Assembly (NCBI GenBank): GCA_002104905.1
Contig: MCFE01000451.1
Location: forward strand, 1-64,000
Length of the DNA: 64,000 nt
From: Basidiobolus meristosporus CBS 931.73
Taxonomy: Eukaryota > Fungi > Basidiobolomycota
Direction: 5' to 3'
The notes below the pieces were generated by a model. The model saw nothing but the letters and a program-made list of their open reading frames with translations. It had not been told where the DNA came from and made no database searches. The translations under genes were made by a program, and so were the position numbers. Within the stretch, counting starts at the first letter, position 1. The number at the start of each line of letters is the position of its first letter. Positions 12,063 to 23,013 of this stretch are shown one piece after another.

Positions 12063-12681
12063 ATGTCGACTGAGTGTAGTTCAGGGGTACTTGATGATGT
12101 ACGATCCCAGGCTAATACAGTTACCTCCCCCGAAATCTCCAACACAGCCAAAATGTTGAGCGAATTGCTGAAAGATCCAGTATTGTCCGACATGTCACAT
12201 GACATCACGCTGGAGGAGGTGCAAAACCTGGTTGCCTACGAGATGGGAAATGCATACCATATCATCATCGATAGGGGGCCGTTATCGAGCGTAGGTAAAT
12301 TTGAGTGGACTTTTGAACGAACTGACAACACTTCCCTACAACCAGACTGAACCCAATCTTCCTCATGTAGACCTGTACATCAAGCACAATGCTCGAGTCA
12401 AAGATATCAAATCCTTGCTGAAGGTGAAGCTGGAAAGGGAGAATAAGGCCAAGCCATATTCCAGAAAGATCAAATGGTACTCTATTTTCCTGGCAACCCT
12501 TTCATGTCCAACCTGCTAACTCAACCAATTTAGGAAGTACATCTGGAGATGCTACTGCTTGGTTCTGGATGGCCAGAAGCTGTTATCTGAAAGCCAAAAA
12601 GTGGGCACCCTTGGGTTGAAAAATGGGAGCATCCTTAAATTCACCAGATATATCAAGTCCAAGAAGTCCCTGGTTCAGTAA
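12063..12681 (+). CDS. SNRNP25: U11/U12 snRNP 25 kDa protein (ubiquitin-like fold), 3 exons
   Basis: Exons 12063-12290, 12346-12476, 12534-12681. LLKDPVLSDMSHDITLEEVQNLVAYEMG and KIKWKYIWRCYCLVLDGQKLL parallel the SNRNP25 family segments DPLLCDLP..VTLEEV..IALEYG and ISWSYVWRTYHL...GEKL, recalled from memory. Confidence 0.85.
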
Positions 12682-13623
12682 GTTGTGCCCTTCTCCCTGA
12701 TGGGCCACTATACAAGTGGGGATTTATTGATCATATAGTAGGCTTGATGGCCCTAAAATCCACCAGTGGCCTAATTTAGTGTAGAGATAGTTAGGTATAT
12801 TCTTGCCAGATATTGGAGCATTGTTCCATTCACTATCCCACTGGATAATTGGTCATGGGTTCATAAGCTGCTGGACCTACTCCTAATAATAAAAGCTGTT
12901 AAACCTATCACCTGGAAATACAAACAAACCAGCATCCCTGGTGACATCATGGGACAGCAGAATCTCTACAATTCAATAGGGCCCAACATCTGTGCGGATG
13001 CTATTGTTGAGTGCTAGCTGAATATTAGTCACCCAGACCACCAATTGCATCCTGGGGAAACAGCAGCCAGAAGGCCAACCTCCAATGAACATCACCCAAC
13101 TGGTGAATAGGGTGATATTGCCCAGAACCCCCAAACCATGCTCAACACTAAATCTTTGATGGAGACACCAATCCCCCCCCCTGTGGGATTGATTTGGTAG
13201 GCGTTTCACATCGCATCATATCCATACATTTCAGAAAACACTCATTGGCCCAGATTCACGGAACGAATCCACCAAGTGCTGATGGTTGGGGGTAGTGCCA
13301 AGAATACACGAAGCAAAACGCTACGAAAGTGTGGGAAACTGGTGGAGGATTACGTAATGATCCAAGATGGAGGGTAGTGTTCAGGGTTTATACAGAACCC
13401 GTAGGATTTATTGGCTTTGTGCAAGTGGTGGTGGTTCCAGGCCAGCAAAGGGAAAACGGCGTGGACTCAGAAGTTCCTGGATTCCAGGTAGGGTAGGGAT
13501 ATCATGAACCTATCGAGGGGGGAGGGGTGGGGTTTGGTTACTGTTATGGTTACTGAGATGGTATTGATATGCTATATGATGTGCTAACTCCCCCTATCTT
13601 CCTCGTCCGAACAACGTGGCGAT

Positions 13624-15076
13624 TCATTTTTGGTTGGGATTGAATTGGCTTTTGAGTCCTTGCCACGCCATATAGTAATCCTCCTGGACCTTCTCGGATT
13701 CGTTGATGGCCCATTGGGTGGTACGGAAGTAGAGGGTACTCTCGAACATGAATGCTTGGGTACCGTCGGCCACGCGGACTGGCTTCAACTCGGCTTGACT
13801 AGCCTTGTCGAAGGTGGTGGCGTCGGGTCCGTGAGGGGTCATGATGCTGTGCAAACTGGCACCTCCGGGAAGGAAGCCACCAGCCTTGGCCTCGTATTCA
13901 CCGGTGATGAGTCCCATGAACTCCGACATGCAGTTACGATGGAAGTAGGGTGGACGGAAGGTGTGCTCACCACATGCCCATCTGGGTGGGAAGATGACGA
14001 AATCAGCGATGGCCACTCCGGCGTGGGCGGATTTGCAGGTGAGGACGGTAAAGATCGATGGATCGGGGTGGTCGAAGGTGACGGTGTTCATGGCATTGAA
14101 GTGGGCCAGGTTGTACTTGTAGGGGGCGTAGTTTCCGTGCCAGGCGACGACGTTGTATGGGGAGTGGTCCATCTCGGCGACGAAGAGCTCTCCGTCGAAT
14201 TTTGAGATCAAGGACCACTCGCCCTGCGCCTCTTCGTAGGATGCGACGGGGGTTTGGAAGTCACGTGGGTTGGCCAGGCCGTTGGCTCCGATGGGCCCGA
14301 GGTCTGGCAACTCGAAATGTCCGCTGAAGACCTCAAGAACGTATCCCCTACTAGGGCCGTCGGGTAGGGCGACGGAGAACCGGATGCCACGTTGGATGAC
14401 GCAGATCTCGTTGGGATCCACATCGATGTATCCGAACTCTGTACGAATCTCCAGGCGACCTTGCTGTGGTACGATCAAGAAGTCCCCGTCGGAGTTGTAG
14501 AACGAGGTGTTGGTCATGTTCTTGTTGGCCATGTAGACGTGGATCGCGAGCCCCTCCTTGACGCTTGGGTCACCAGCACCGCAAACAGTCTTCAGGCCCT
14601 GAACGAAGTCGATTTGGGCGTCGGATTCCGGAAGATCGAACGGGCTCCAGCGAATCTGGGTGGGGGTGATGACACAGCTCTTCTTGTCGAACGTCGAGAA
14701 GAGAAGGGGGTGCTCTAACTTTCGGAAGGGCTTGTGGCAGACCGAGGGACGGATTCGGTAAAGCCAGCTAGCAGTGACTATTGTTAGTGGTGGATGTGGA
14801 GTGGGGTGCGGCTGGGCTCGGCTGCCTACCTTCTTTGGTTGTGAGTTCTTGGTACGGTGAAAGCAGTGCCTGACAGCTGCTCAGCATACAGGTTGTATGG
14901 GCATACTTGGGGCGAGTTTTGGCCTGTCAACAATGGCAAGGTTTAATGAGGATGGTGGGATGGAGATGCCACGGTGGAACTACATTTGGTGTACCTATTG
15001 GTAGGGCCCCAGGCAAGGCTTCCGATGAGAAATGCGATGCGAATCCTGACAAATATTGGCGAGTAGATGTGGACAT
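13624..15076 (-). CDS. hmgA: Homogentisate 1,2-dioxygenase, 3 exons, 439 aa
   Basis: Exons 15076-14995, 14923-14830, 14767-13624 total 1320 nt. Motifs present: [120 protein letters not shown]. Confidence 0.97.
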
Positions 15077-17394
15077 GGTGCGCTGATGTAACTGAAGGGA
15101 GAACTGAATCGATATCGAATGGTGCCATCCCTCTGGGGGATTAAATACGGATACGGGGGACCTCCTTCACACGCTCATGTGATGTACGGTGTTCACCCAA
15201 CTATTTCCGAGTTTGCTGACGTCCCACAGGAGTCATGTGTGTAATCAAGCTTGGGAATTCGTGAGAAGAATGATGGTCAATAGGGTGGTTCCTGCTCGGC
15301 AGAATGCACCCCGTTCTGTAGATTCTTTCACACGACTCTATTTGGCTCTGGGCCTGCTGGTGAGAAGGCCCACTCCGCTCGAGCAGAGCAGATCTCGAGA
15401 AGCAAGCACCCCATTCAGAGCGGCTGAACCGGCGGGCAGTTGCGAAGTGGACGGAGGCTGGTCGTATCCATTCGAAAGCCCGGGCTGAGGTGTCCGTTCA
15501 CCCCGCATGGCTCTGCACTATGGTGTCGAATCAAATCGCGTGATGAATGGCATCAGGTTGACAAATGAATGGAGGGGTGCTCGAGTCGATGAGAAATTAT
15601 GAAAGAAAAAGGGAGGGTGCTTTCGCCTGGGCCAATCACCTTCGTCGGCGCTGGGATCAACGTTGCGCAAGCTTCTTAGCGTTCCTACTGTGTTGCGCAA
15701 GTGATATGATAAATGGATATGTGCACACCATCATTTGTACTCTATAGGCTACTTCCATCGATCCATTCCGGTCTAGTGGCTGATTGCTGGTCTTGGATCA
15801 TTCTCCATGCCCTCAAAGTTCCGCCAAGGTTCGGTCCACTCCATGGATTCTACAGGTCGCATCGTTGCAGGGACATTTCATGTCACGAGGCGTGTACCAC
15901 CGCCCGCGTGAATGCTGCATCATCAGTTGGCTCATCAAGGGATTGTTATGGCCGCCTGTATGATTGCCTAGATTATGAGGCGGGTTGCCTGTTCTACGAC
16001 ATGCATTTAGCATGATTGACCATGATACAAGTACGGATTCCATCCCAACCAAGAACTTACCGGGATGTGCGATGTTCCAACCTCCCAATGATGTATTACT
16101 CACGATTACGTTGGGCCTTCGCAATGGACTGACCCATGAGTGATTTCGTGACCGCAATAGCTCGGCCTCGCGGTTGCTCCTCACGCCGCAACAAATGATG
16201 TGCGAGACTGGGTTTAGTACGTATCAACGCCACGGTTGGAAGCGTGGATTGGATTCAGATACGATGCAGATTTGCACCAAGGAGGTAAAAGCTGGCATCT
16301 ATAGCCGTTGCCCGATAACAAACATCCACAAACGTGCATGCTAGGATTATCCCCAGAGGGTCTGGGGTGGGTGCCGATACGAATTCCAATGGATGCGCTT
16401 GCCTCGTGATCGCTCGGCTTGATACGGGTGATGTTAAGCTGGCTTGATGAGAAACCTCGGAAGGCAAAGTGCTGACCCTGAGGATACTCGTTTGTCTGCT
16501 ATATCAGCATGACCGGCGCTCCGTCACCTTAGAGACGTCGGTGGTATTCAACTGGTTGTGTAACATGGTGGTGAACTTTATTTCTGTGACCTTTTCCTTC
16601 GTTACCAACATTCCAGGGGATCAATCCCTACCCATGTAATCGTTCTTGGTTGACCTTTCATTGAGCTGTTGAACAGCCTAAGCTGGTGACCTCTGTTCAT
16701 TCCCCCCAATGTGATCTAGTTTGGAGAGTAGAGTATGGCCCTTGCTAATTGGTACTCGGGTGCACACCATACGAAATATCTGCTCGCAAAGTGAAAGACC
16801 AATAGTGTCGTATTCAGTGGATTTATACTGACCGCAGGTGGGTAGCTTACAAGGCGAAAATTCTTTTCAGCCCCGAGTTGTTGGAACACCTTGTTCTCGT
16901 CGTGGATCAGTAGAGCTCAACTTCATGTGTTCCTTTAGTAGGTGGGGACTGCCCTCTTGAAATACCCTAACTCACGTTACCAGAGCTCATATCGTCGGTT
17001 TAGACCTTGGTTCCTTGCAACCAACACGCTCACTCCAATATCCTGTGATGCCTATTTCCCTCAGGTCCTTGCATCGCTCTTGGCCAACTCTTGTTCTAGT
17101 TACATTCCAGGACTTCTGACCTCATGGGACACCTCAGGTCGCTAGAATGCTCGAGTTATCACGAGATAGATTTCTTGCACCAAAGTGTAGACATTTCATT
17201 TGGCCTAAAGAAACCTTCGGCACCTTCAAAACTCTTCATACTAGCGCAAATGGCCCAAACTTTGTCCTTCACCTCATGGTAGTTGACTTCAGCTTTCTTA
17301 TCGTTAGCCTTTCAAAATCATAGAGAATCCTGGTCATATTCCTTGTTTGAATTTAATTAGAATATTTACAACAAAACACCAGGCACCAAGAAAA

Positions 17395-18268
17395 TGTTGT
17401 AAAAGCTTGTAATTCCACCTAGATACTCACTGAACTCAGTCACTTAGATCATTACCAACAGAACCAAGAGAATACTGACCAAATTCCTTGTTGAAATTTA
17501 TTTGGAATATTTTCACCAAAACAGGAGGTACCCATGATATGAAGATTCTCAAAGCACTCCAAAAAGCCCTAGATTTTGCCCACATGCTCTTATAGCCTTC
17601 CTAAACATATTCTATGTGTTTGTCTTGCCAAGAATATGGAAAAGCACAAAAACTACTTTTACATTCATCAAAACCAAATGAAAACCACGTAAACTACTTG
17701 ATTGCCCAGCCAATTCCATTATCTAAAAGATTCTTACAATGGGCTATAACCCCCAAGTTATCTCTTTCTGTAATGTCTACTAATGCTATAACTGGAACTT
17801 TGCCCAGTACTGAAAAGTTGGATGGATCTAACAACCAAGTGTGGAAAGTGAAGATGAAGATAATGCTACAGGAACAAGGCCTTTGGGATATTCTTATGGG
17901 AGAGAAATGCCCTTCCAAAAGTGTAGAAGAGGAAGCCTCAAAGCTCCCAAAGCAAGACCAAAGTGTCCTCAAATGCATTTTGCCTAATGTCAAAGACAAA
18001 TTGCAAATTCAATGCTCAAGAGCAAAAATAGCAAAAAATGCCTGCAAGGCATCAGAAGACACCTATCAGTCATGTTCTGCTGCTAAGAGAATGTATCTCA
18101 GAAGAAAATTCTTTACCATAAAGTTGTTGCCTGGAGAATAAATGAAAAACCTATTTAACAGAATTACCCAGTGGTTTGTGATATGGAATCAGTGGGTGCA
18201 CCAACTGCTGATGAAGATGTGATAGTTGCCATTCTGACTAGCCTGAGAGACAAGCTACAGGGCCTTCT
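17395..18268 (+). mobile_element. Ty1/copia family A, copy 1: 5' LTR (17395-~17739) and start of gag, interrupted
   Basis: LTR begins TGTTGTAAAAG and is homologous to LTRs at 18330 and 22665. The gag start (LDGSNNQVWKVKMK) is frameshifted. Confidence 0.85.
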
Positions 18269-18329
18269 TGTTGTAACAGTCTTGGAGATATTGGAAGTGA
18301 TTGGGAGGACAAGTAGATTATGTAGTTTT

Positions 18330-21300
18330 TGTTGTAAAAGTTTGTAATTCCACCTAAGTATTCACCTAACTTAGTCACTTAGATCATTACCTTCAAATCC
18401 TAGAGAATACTGACCAAATTCCTTGTTGGGATTTACTTGGAATATTTTCACCAAAATACCTGGTACCCAGAACATGAAAATTCTCAAAGTTGTCCAAACA
18501 GCCCCAAACTTTGCACACATGTTCTTGGGACCTTCCTTAAGCTATTCTACGAGTTTGTAATGCCAAGACCAGGTAAACGTATAAATACTACTTTTACATT
18601 CAATAAATCATTAAGTGAAAACCACATAATCTACTTGTTCTCCCAATCACTTCCAATATCTCCAAGACTCTTACAACAGGTTATGAGCCCCAAGCTGTCA
18701 CTCTCTGCAATGTCTACTACTGCTATTACTGGAATTTTCCCCACTGCTGAAAAGTTGGATGGATCTAACTACCAAGTGTGGAAGGTGAAGATGAAGATGC
18801 TGCTACAAGAAAGAGGCCTTTAGGATATTGTCATGGGAGAAGAATGCCCTCCTAAAAAAGTGGGAGAGGAAGCCTTAGAGTACTAGAAGAAAGAACAAAG
18901 TGCCTTTAACTGCATTTGCCTTAATGTCAAGGACAAATTGCTAATTCAATGCTCAAGAGCAAAAACGGCAAAGAATGCCTGGAAAGCATTGGAAGACACC
19001 TACCAGTCATGTTCAGCTGCCAAGAAAATGTATCTGAGACAAAAACTCTTTCCTACAAAGATGCTGCCAGGAGTAGAAATGAAAAATCTAATTAACAGAA
19101 TTACCCTGCTAGTAGATGAGATGGTATCTGTGGGCGTACCAACTACTGATGAGGATGTGATAGTTACCATCCTGAATAGCCTGACAGACAAGTTTCAGGG
19201 CCTTGTATCAGCCCTAGAGTCCAGAACTGAAGATTTGATCTTAAATTACGTATATGGAAGGCTCCTGGATGAAGAATTAAGAAAATCAAGCACCAATAAG
19301 AAGGAAGAAGAAAATGCTTTAATAAGCAATGATAGCCAACAAAGGAGATACCCAAGACCCTACAAAGGCAACAGCAACCTATTTTGCAACTACGGCAAAA
19401 GGAAAGGACACACATGAGACCGGTGTCTCAAAAAGAGAGATTATCAGCAAAAGAAGCCTGAATATGGAAATGCTGCAACAACTGAAGATAGACCATTCAT
19501 ATCTGCACTAAATATGACCACAAACAAGAATTCTCAGACGTGGTATATTGACTCTGGAGCTTCTCAACACTTTACACACCAAAAAGAGCTTTTTACCCAA
19601 TATCAAGAAATTCCAATTATGAAGGTTTTCATGGGTGACAATAGAACACTTGATGCAGTGGGAGAAGGAACTATCCAAGTAAATCTTAGAAGCAGTGAAG
19701 GAAGCCATACACTGACCTTTAAAGAAGTACTCTATGTACCAGAAATAGCCAAGAACCTACTCTCTGTAAGCAAGGCCACAGCAGAAGGACTCAGTTTCAG
19801 TTTTGACAATTCTGGATGCAGCATCACTGATCAAAATGGTGCCCATATTGCTTTGGGCATCAGAGATCAGAATCTATACAAGTTGACTGATATTCCATCA
19901 TATTTGGAAGCCAATATAAGTAACTTAAATGAAGAAACATCAATGCTTTGACACAGGAGATTTGGACACATCAATTTTGATTATTTGCACAAAATGATCA
20001 AAGATCAGCTAGTTTCTGGAGTAAAAGTTGATCCCTCAGCTAACTTGGAGCACTGTGAAGCCTGCATATATGGGAAACAAGCCAGACAACCGTTCAAGAG
20101 CTCTGGATTAATCAAAACTAAGAGAAAATTAGATCTAATTCACTCAGATCTGTGTGGACCTATGCAAAATTTATCCTTAGGTGGGATGAAGTATTTAATC
20201 ACTTTTATTGATGATTATACAAGATAAACATGGGTCTACTTCATGGAGAGAAAGGAAGAAGCTCTGTCTAAGCTCAGGGAGTTTAAAGCCATGGTGGAGA
20301 GAGAAACTGGTGAAAAAATCAAGAAAATACGCTCTGACAATGGTGGAGAATATACCTCAAAGCTCTTCATCCACTTCTGCAAAATTTATGGGATAAAGCA
20401 AGAGACTACTGTACCATACCACCCATAGCAAAATGGCATAGCAGAACAAGCTAACAGATCAATAATTGATATGGCAAGATCTATGATCCATGATCAAAAA
20501 TTAACCTATGATTTTTAGGCGGAATCAGTTGCCACTGCTGTATATCATAAAAATAGGAGTTATAACAGAATACTTTGTGATTCTACTCCATTTGCAGCAT
20601 AGTATGGATACATACCAAGTGCAGAACATCTAAGAACATTTGCATATACAGCATATGCCAAAAAACTAGCCAGAAATCAGTCAAAATTTGAGCCAAAAAG
20701 TGTAAAATGCATATTTTTGGGTTACTGCAATGAGAGTAAAGTATACAGACTCTACAATACCAAAGCAAAGAAGCTTATCAAGTCCAGGGATGTGTTGCTT
20801 GATGAAGATTCAAAATTTTCACAAAAAATGACATCAGATGTTGACAAAAATTTGATCTCAAGTCCACCAATTGTCAGGATCGAATTAGAGCAAAACAATG
20901 AGAATTTTTTCACTCCAGAGGACTCTACAACCGTGGTTCAGCCAGAATCAGTGCCCAGGAATATCCCAGAAGTATCATTCCAGTATCAAATGCCCGGAGA
21001 TCAAATTGGACAAGAAATAGCCCAAATTACTATATCAATGAGGGTACAAACTTAGCCTATGCCTATTCAGTCCATATTGATGAGCCCCAGACTGTAAAAG
21101 AGGCCCTAAAAAGCCCTCAGATAAAGTTTTGTAGATCTGCAATGACTGAGGAATATCAGGCCCTGATGGAAAATCAAACTTGGGACTTAGTCAAATTACC
21201 AATCAACCAAAAATCAATTAGATGCAGATGGGTCTTCAAGACAAAATACAAGGCTGATGGTACAATTGAAAGATACAAAGCAAGACTTGTAGCCAAAGGA

Positions 21301-23013
21301 TACTCTCAAACAAAAGGACTTGACTATACTGAGACCTTTGCACCGGTAGCCAAGTTTAATTCCATCAGATCAATATTGGCTATAGCAGCCAAATATAAGT
21401 TTTTTATTCATCAAATGGATGTAAAAACTGCATTTTTGAATGGAGAACTTGATGAGGACATGTATATGGACCAGCCTGATGGGCTTGTTGACCAAGATAA
21501 CCCCCATTTGGTCTGCATGCTTAAAAAGTCACTATATGGTCTCAAACAGTCACCAAGAGCCTGGAATTGTAAGATAGATTCTTATTTGGAATCTTTGAGT
21601 TTCAAAAGAAGTAATGCTGACTATAGTATATACTATAAGCCAGATAGAGCAAATCCAGTTCTATTAGCTCTATATGTGGATGATCTTATTATAGCCACAA
21701 ATAACCTAGAAACATTGGAAGAGACTAAATCCAGCCTATCTAAGGGGTTCAAGATGTCCAATCTAGGAGAACTTAGTTACTACTTAGGGATTAAGTTCTC
21801 CATAGACAGAAGTACCCAGACTCTCACCCTAAGTCAATCCAAGTATATTCAAGATATACTAACGAAGTACCAAATGGAAGACTGTAAACCGGCAGCTACC
21901 CCAATGGAGACAAACCTTAACTTGGTCAAAACTCAACCAAATCAAGAGAGCTTAGTGCTATCTGAAAGCCCTGACTTTCCTTATCAATTTATGGTTGGCA
22001 GTCTGATGTATATCATCCTTGGAACATGTCCAGATATCTCATATTCAGTGGGAGTTGTCAGCCAACATAATCAGAACTATGGATCTGATCATATTGCAGC
22101 AGTTAAGCGGATTTTTAGATACCTAAAAGGAACTGCTGATATCTGCTTAAGATACACTTATAAGGACTCAGAACAGGATCTTGTGGGATACTCTGATGCT
22201 GATTGGGGACAAAATTTGGAAGACAGAAGATCCACCACAGGATACACCTTTCTTTACTGTAAAGGAGCAATTTCATGGAATTCAAGAAAGCAACCAACCA
22301 TAGCACTTTCTACCACAGAGGCAGAGTACATGGCAGCCTGTGAAGCTACAACAGAAGCAATGTGGCTAAGAAAGCCTCTTACAGATTTAGGCCTATGTCA
22401 AAGAACACCTATTACTTTATTTCAAGATAATCAAGGATGTATACAATTAGGTAGAAATCCAACTTTACATGCTAGAGCCAAGCACATAGATATTAGACAT
22501 CATTTCATACATGAAGCTATAGAGAATAACTTAGTTAGCTTAGTTTACTGTCCTACATATGAAATGATTGCAGACATATTTACCAAACCATTAGCTAGAG
22601 ACAAGTTTGAATATCTTAGGTCAAAATTAGGACTAGTCAGTATGAACATTTAGCTGAGTGGGAGTGTTGTAAAAATTTGTATTTCCACCTAAATACTCAC
22701 CTAACCTAGTCACTTAGATCAGTACCCTCAAATCCTAGAGAATACTGACCAAATTCCTTGTTGGGATTTACTTGGAATATTTTCACCAAAATACCAGGTA
22801 CCCAGAACATGAAAATTCTCAAAGTTGTCCAAACAGCCCCAAACCTTGCACACATGTTCTTAGGACCTTCCTTAACCTATTCTACATGTTTGTAATGCCC
22901 AGACCAGGTAAGAGTACAAATACTACTTTTACATTCAATAAATCATTAAGTGAAAACCACATAATATACTTGTTCTCCCAATCACTTCCAATATCTCCAA
23001 GACTCTTACAACA
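18330..23013 (+). mobile_element. Ty1/copia family A, copy 2: full length, inactivated
   Basis: 349-bp TG..CA LTRs at 18330-18678 and 22665-23013, about 18 differences by eye (~95%). PBS 18679-18691, PPT GAGTGGGAG. Order is gag, PR (WYIDSGASQH), GAG-pre-integrase, IN (LIHSDLCGP), RT/RH (YVDDL, YSDADWG, KHIDIRHH). Several premature stops and frameshifts. Confidence 0.95.
21142..22653 (+). CDS. Copia reverse transcriptase/RNase H fragment (503 aa, still open)
   Basis: RWVFKTKYKADGTIERYKARLVAKG, HQMDVKTAFLNG, LKKSLYGLKQSPRAW, LYVDDL, STTEAEYMA, ADIFTKPL. Confidence 0.9.
   Translation: MTEEYQALMENQTWDLVKLPINQKSIRCRWVFKTKYKADGTIERYKARLVAKGYSQTKGLDYTETFAPVAKFNSIRSILAIAAKYKFFIHQMDVKTAFLNGELDEDMYMDQPDGLVDQDNPHLVCMLKKSLYGLKQSPRAWNCKIDSYLESLSFKRSNADYSIYYKPDRANPVLLALYVDDLIIATNNLETLEETKSSLSKGFKMSNLGELSYYLGIKFSIDRSTQTLTLSQSKYIQDILTKYQMEDCKPAATPMETNLNLVKTQPNQESLVLSESPDFPYQFMVGSLMYIILGTCPDISYSVGVVSQHNQNYGSDHIAAVKRIFRYLKGTADICLRYTYKDSEQDLVGYSDADWGQNLEDRRSTTGYTFLYCKGAISWNSRKQPTIALSTTEAEYMAACEATTEAMWLRKPLTDLGLCQRTPITLFQDNQGCIQLGRNPTLHARAKHIDIRHHFIHEAIENNLVSLVYCPTYEMIADIFTKPLARDKFEYLRSKLGLVSMNI

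Noticed and set aside
13630-14718. Long plus-strand ORFs (191 aa and 108 aa)
   Set aside because: Antisense shadows of the codon-biased hmgA exon.
6975-14994. Possible U12-type introns near SNRNP25
   Set aside because: None of the 12 modelled donors matches [GA]TATCCTT; all are GT-AG with U2-like branch points.
15189-17300. Short ORFs between hmgA and the first LTR, including a protein-like minus-strand stretch at ~17160-17310
   Set aside because: Bounded by stops with no start codon or splice model, and no family recognised.
18437-18823. Recurring ORF MEYFHQNT... (also 22772..23020 and 27310..27501)
   Set aside because: Chance reading frame within the copia A LTR; it recurs only because the LTR recurs.
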